Positions 63,680-64,000 of a stretch of DNA of 64,000 nt are shown here, in pieces (the stretch's first letter is position 1; each line of letters begins with the position of its first letter). Under the pieces are notes generated by a model. It made no database searches, had not been told where the DNA came from, and saw only the letters and a list, made by a program, of their open reading frames with translations. The translations under genes and the position numbers were made by a program. The stretch comes from Methanobacteriota archaeon (GTDB taxonomy: Archaea > Thermoplasmatota > Poseidoniia > Poseidoniales > Thalassarchaeaceae): positions 57,991-121,990 of the forward strand of contig JABIGF010000002.1 of the NCBI GenBank assembly GCA_018650285.1, given 5' to 3'.

Positions 63680-63949
63680 TTGATTCAACGTGAATTAGGT
63701 AAGAAAATGGGATCTCCAGATATGACATCGGTAAGCGTTAGTTTTGAAGTTAGAAGGCAATTGAATTCAATACGTGCTCTTGGAAATTACAAGAGCGTTG
63801 ATGACCTTATTCAATACCTCTTGAAAGAGCACAGACTCCACCAAATAAAGAGAGATAGCGATGATTTACAAGCATCGTTGCAATCTCTAAATGATGTTGA
63901 TGTAAACAGCCTAATTGCAAAACTTGAACTTTCACCATTCCAGGAGTGA
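63680..63949 (+). CDS. Small putative ribbon-helix-helix DNA-binding protein (candidate SegB/ParG-like partner of the ParA gene)
   Basis: 89 aa from a TTG start; ATG starts at 63707 or 63722 are more likely. TSVSVSFEVRRQLNSIRALGNYKSVDDLIQYLLKEH fits a beta-strand, helix, helix (RHH/CopG-like) pattern. It sits immediately downstream of parA. The family assignment is by pattern only. Confidence 0.4.
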   Translation: MIQRELGKKMGSPDMTSVSVSFEVRRQLNSIRALGNYKSVDDLIQYLLKEHRLHQIKRDSDDLQASLQSLNDVDVNSLIAKLELSPFQE

Positions 63950-64000
63950 TTGCTGTGAAAGGACAAGCCCCCTCCTACTGGATAAAAGCAGATACAATTG

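Noticed and set aside
1-64000. CRISPR arrays, transposases/IS elements, integrases, prophage or defence islands
   Set aside because: I saw no regularly spaced direct repeats, no DDE/HUH/tyrosine or serine recombinase-like ORFs and no toxin-antitoxin-like pairs. Gene content is housekeeping or envelope-related throughout. The only repeat cluster (55.7-56.3 kb) lacks constant spacing and repeat length, so it is not CRISPR-like.

Overview
This 64 kb window is a densely coded archaeal chromosomal segment. I count about 55 protein genes and one tRNA. Intergenic gaps are mostly under 130 nt, with one 588 nt exception. All calls come from reading the ORF translations and the DNA by eye, using motif recognition from memory. 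No searches were run.

Archaeal identity rests on these genes: the conserved rpl7ae-rps28e-rpl24e-ndk-aIF5B block, Hjc resolvase, Bud32 (KEOPS) kinase, deoxyhypusine synthase, a FlaI-type ATPase, geranylgeranyl reductase and a presenilin-type protease. Bacterial-type genes are mixed in: UvrB, RimK, CcmF, a leucine-catabolism carboxylase cluster and UbiD/UbiA. Several proteins also carry very large ectodomains. Together this looks like a mesophilic planktonic heterotrophic euryarchaeote of the Marine Group II/III type. That placement is inference.

Main blocks:
- 1-5021: Tad/Epd-like type IV filament operon that runs off the left edge.
- 5.1-10.4 kb: ABC exporter, crotonase and ITPase.
- 10.5-21.4 kb: crcB, bud32, nadA, a PAP2 fusion, Mrp/NBP35, a divergent nuclease pair that includes hjc, a site-2 protease and signal peptidase I.
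- 21.4-26.5 kb: a 1698 aa surface protein.
- 26.6-36 kb: Lhr helicase, dCMP deaminase, folC, a presenilin homolog with a giant loop insertion, and serS.
- 36.1-40.7 kb: methylcrotonyl-CoA carboxylase and hydratase operon.
- 42-50.6 kb: FKBP, ccmF, GGR, ubiD, ubiA and an SDR.
- 50.6-55 kb: uvrB, rimK and deoxyhypusine synthase.
- 55.7-56.3 kb: anomalous AT-rich non-coding region with ORB-like repeats.
- 56.3-64 kb: tandem PRC-barrel protein, tRNA-Ile, prs, the ribosomal/ndk/aIF5B block, MoxR, and a ParA plus small RHH pair (SegAB-like).

I found no CRISPR array, transposase, integrase, rRNA or recognisable defence system.

Observations most worth follow-up:
1. Unrelated proteins repeatedly end in [D/T]-E-E-E, in a window that also encodes a bacterial-type RimK glutamate ligase. 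The canonical RimK substrate (bS6) does not exist in archaea.
2. The 588 nt AT-rich region has an origin-like repeat architecture.
3. The type IV filament operon has a split platform protein, and one platform subunit carries an ectodomain.
4. The SegAB-like partition pair.
5. Membrane enzymes with very large inserted ectodomains: presenilin, signal peptidase and PAP2.
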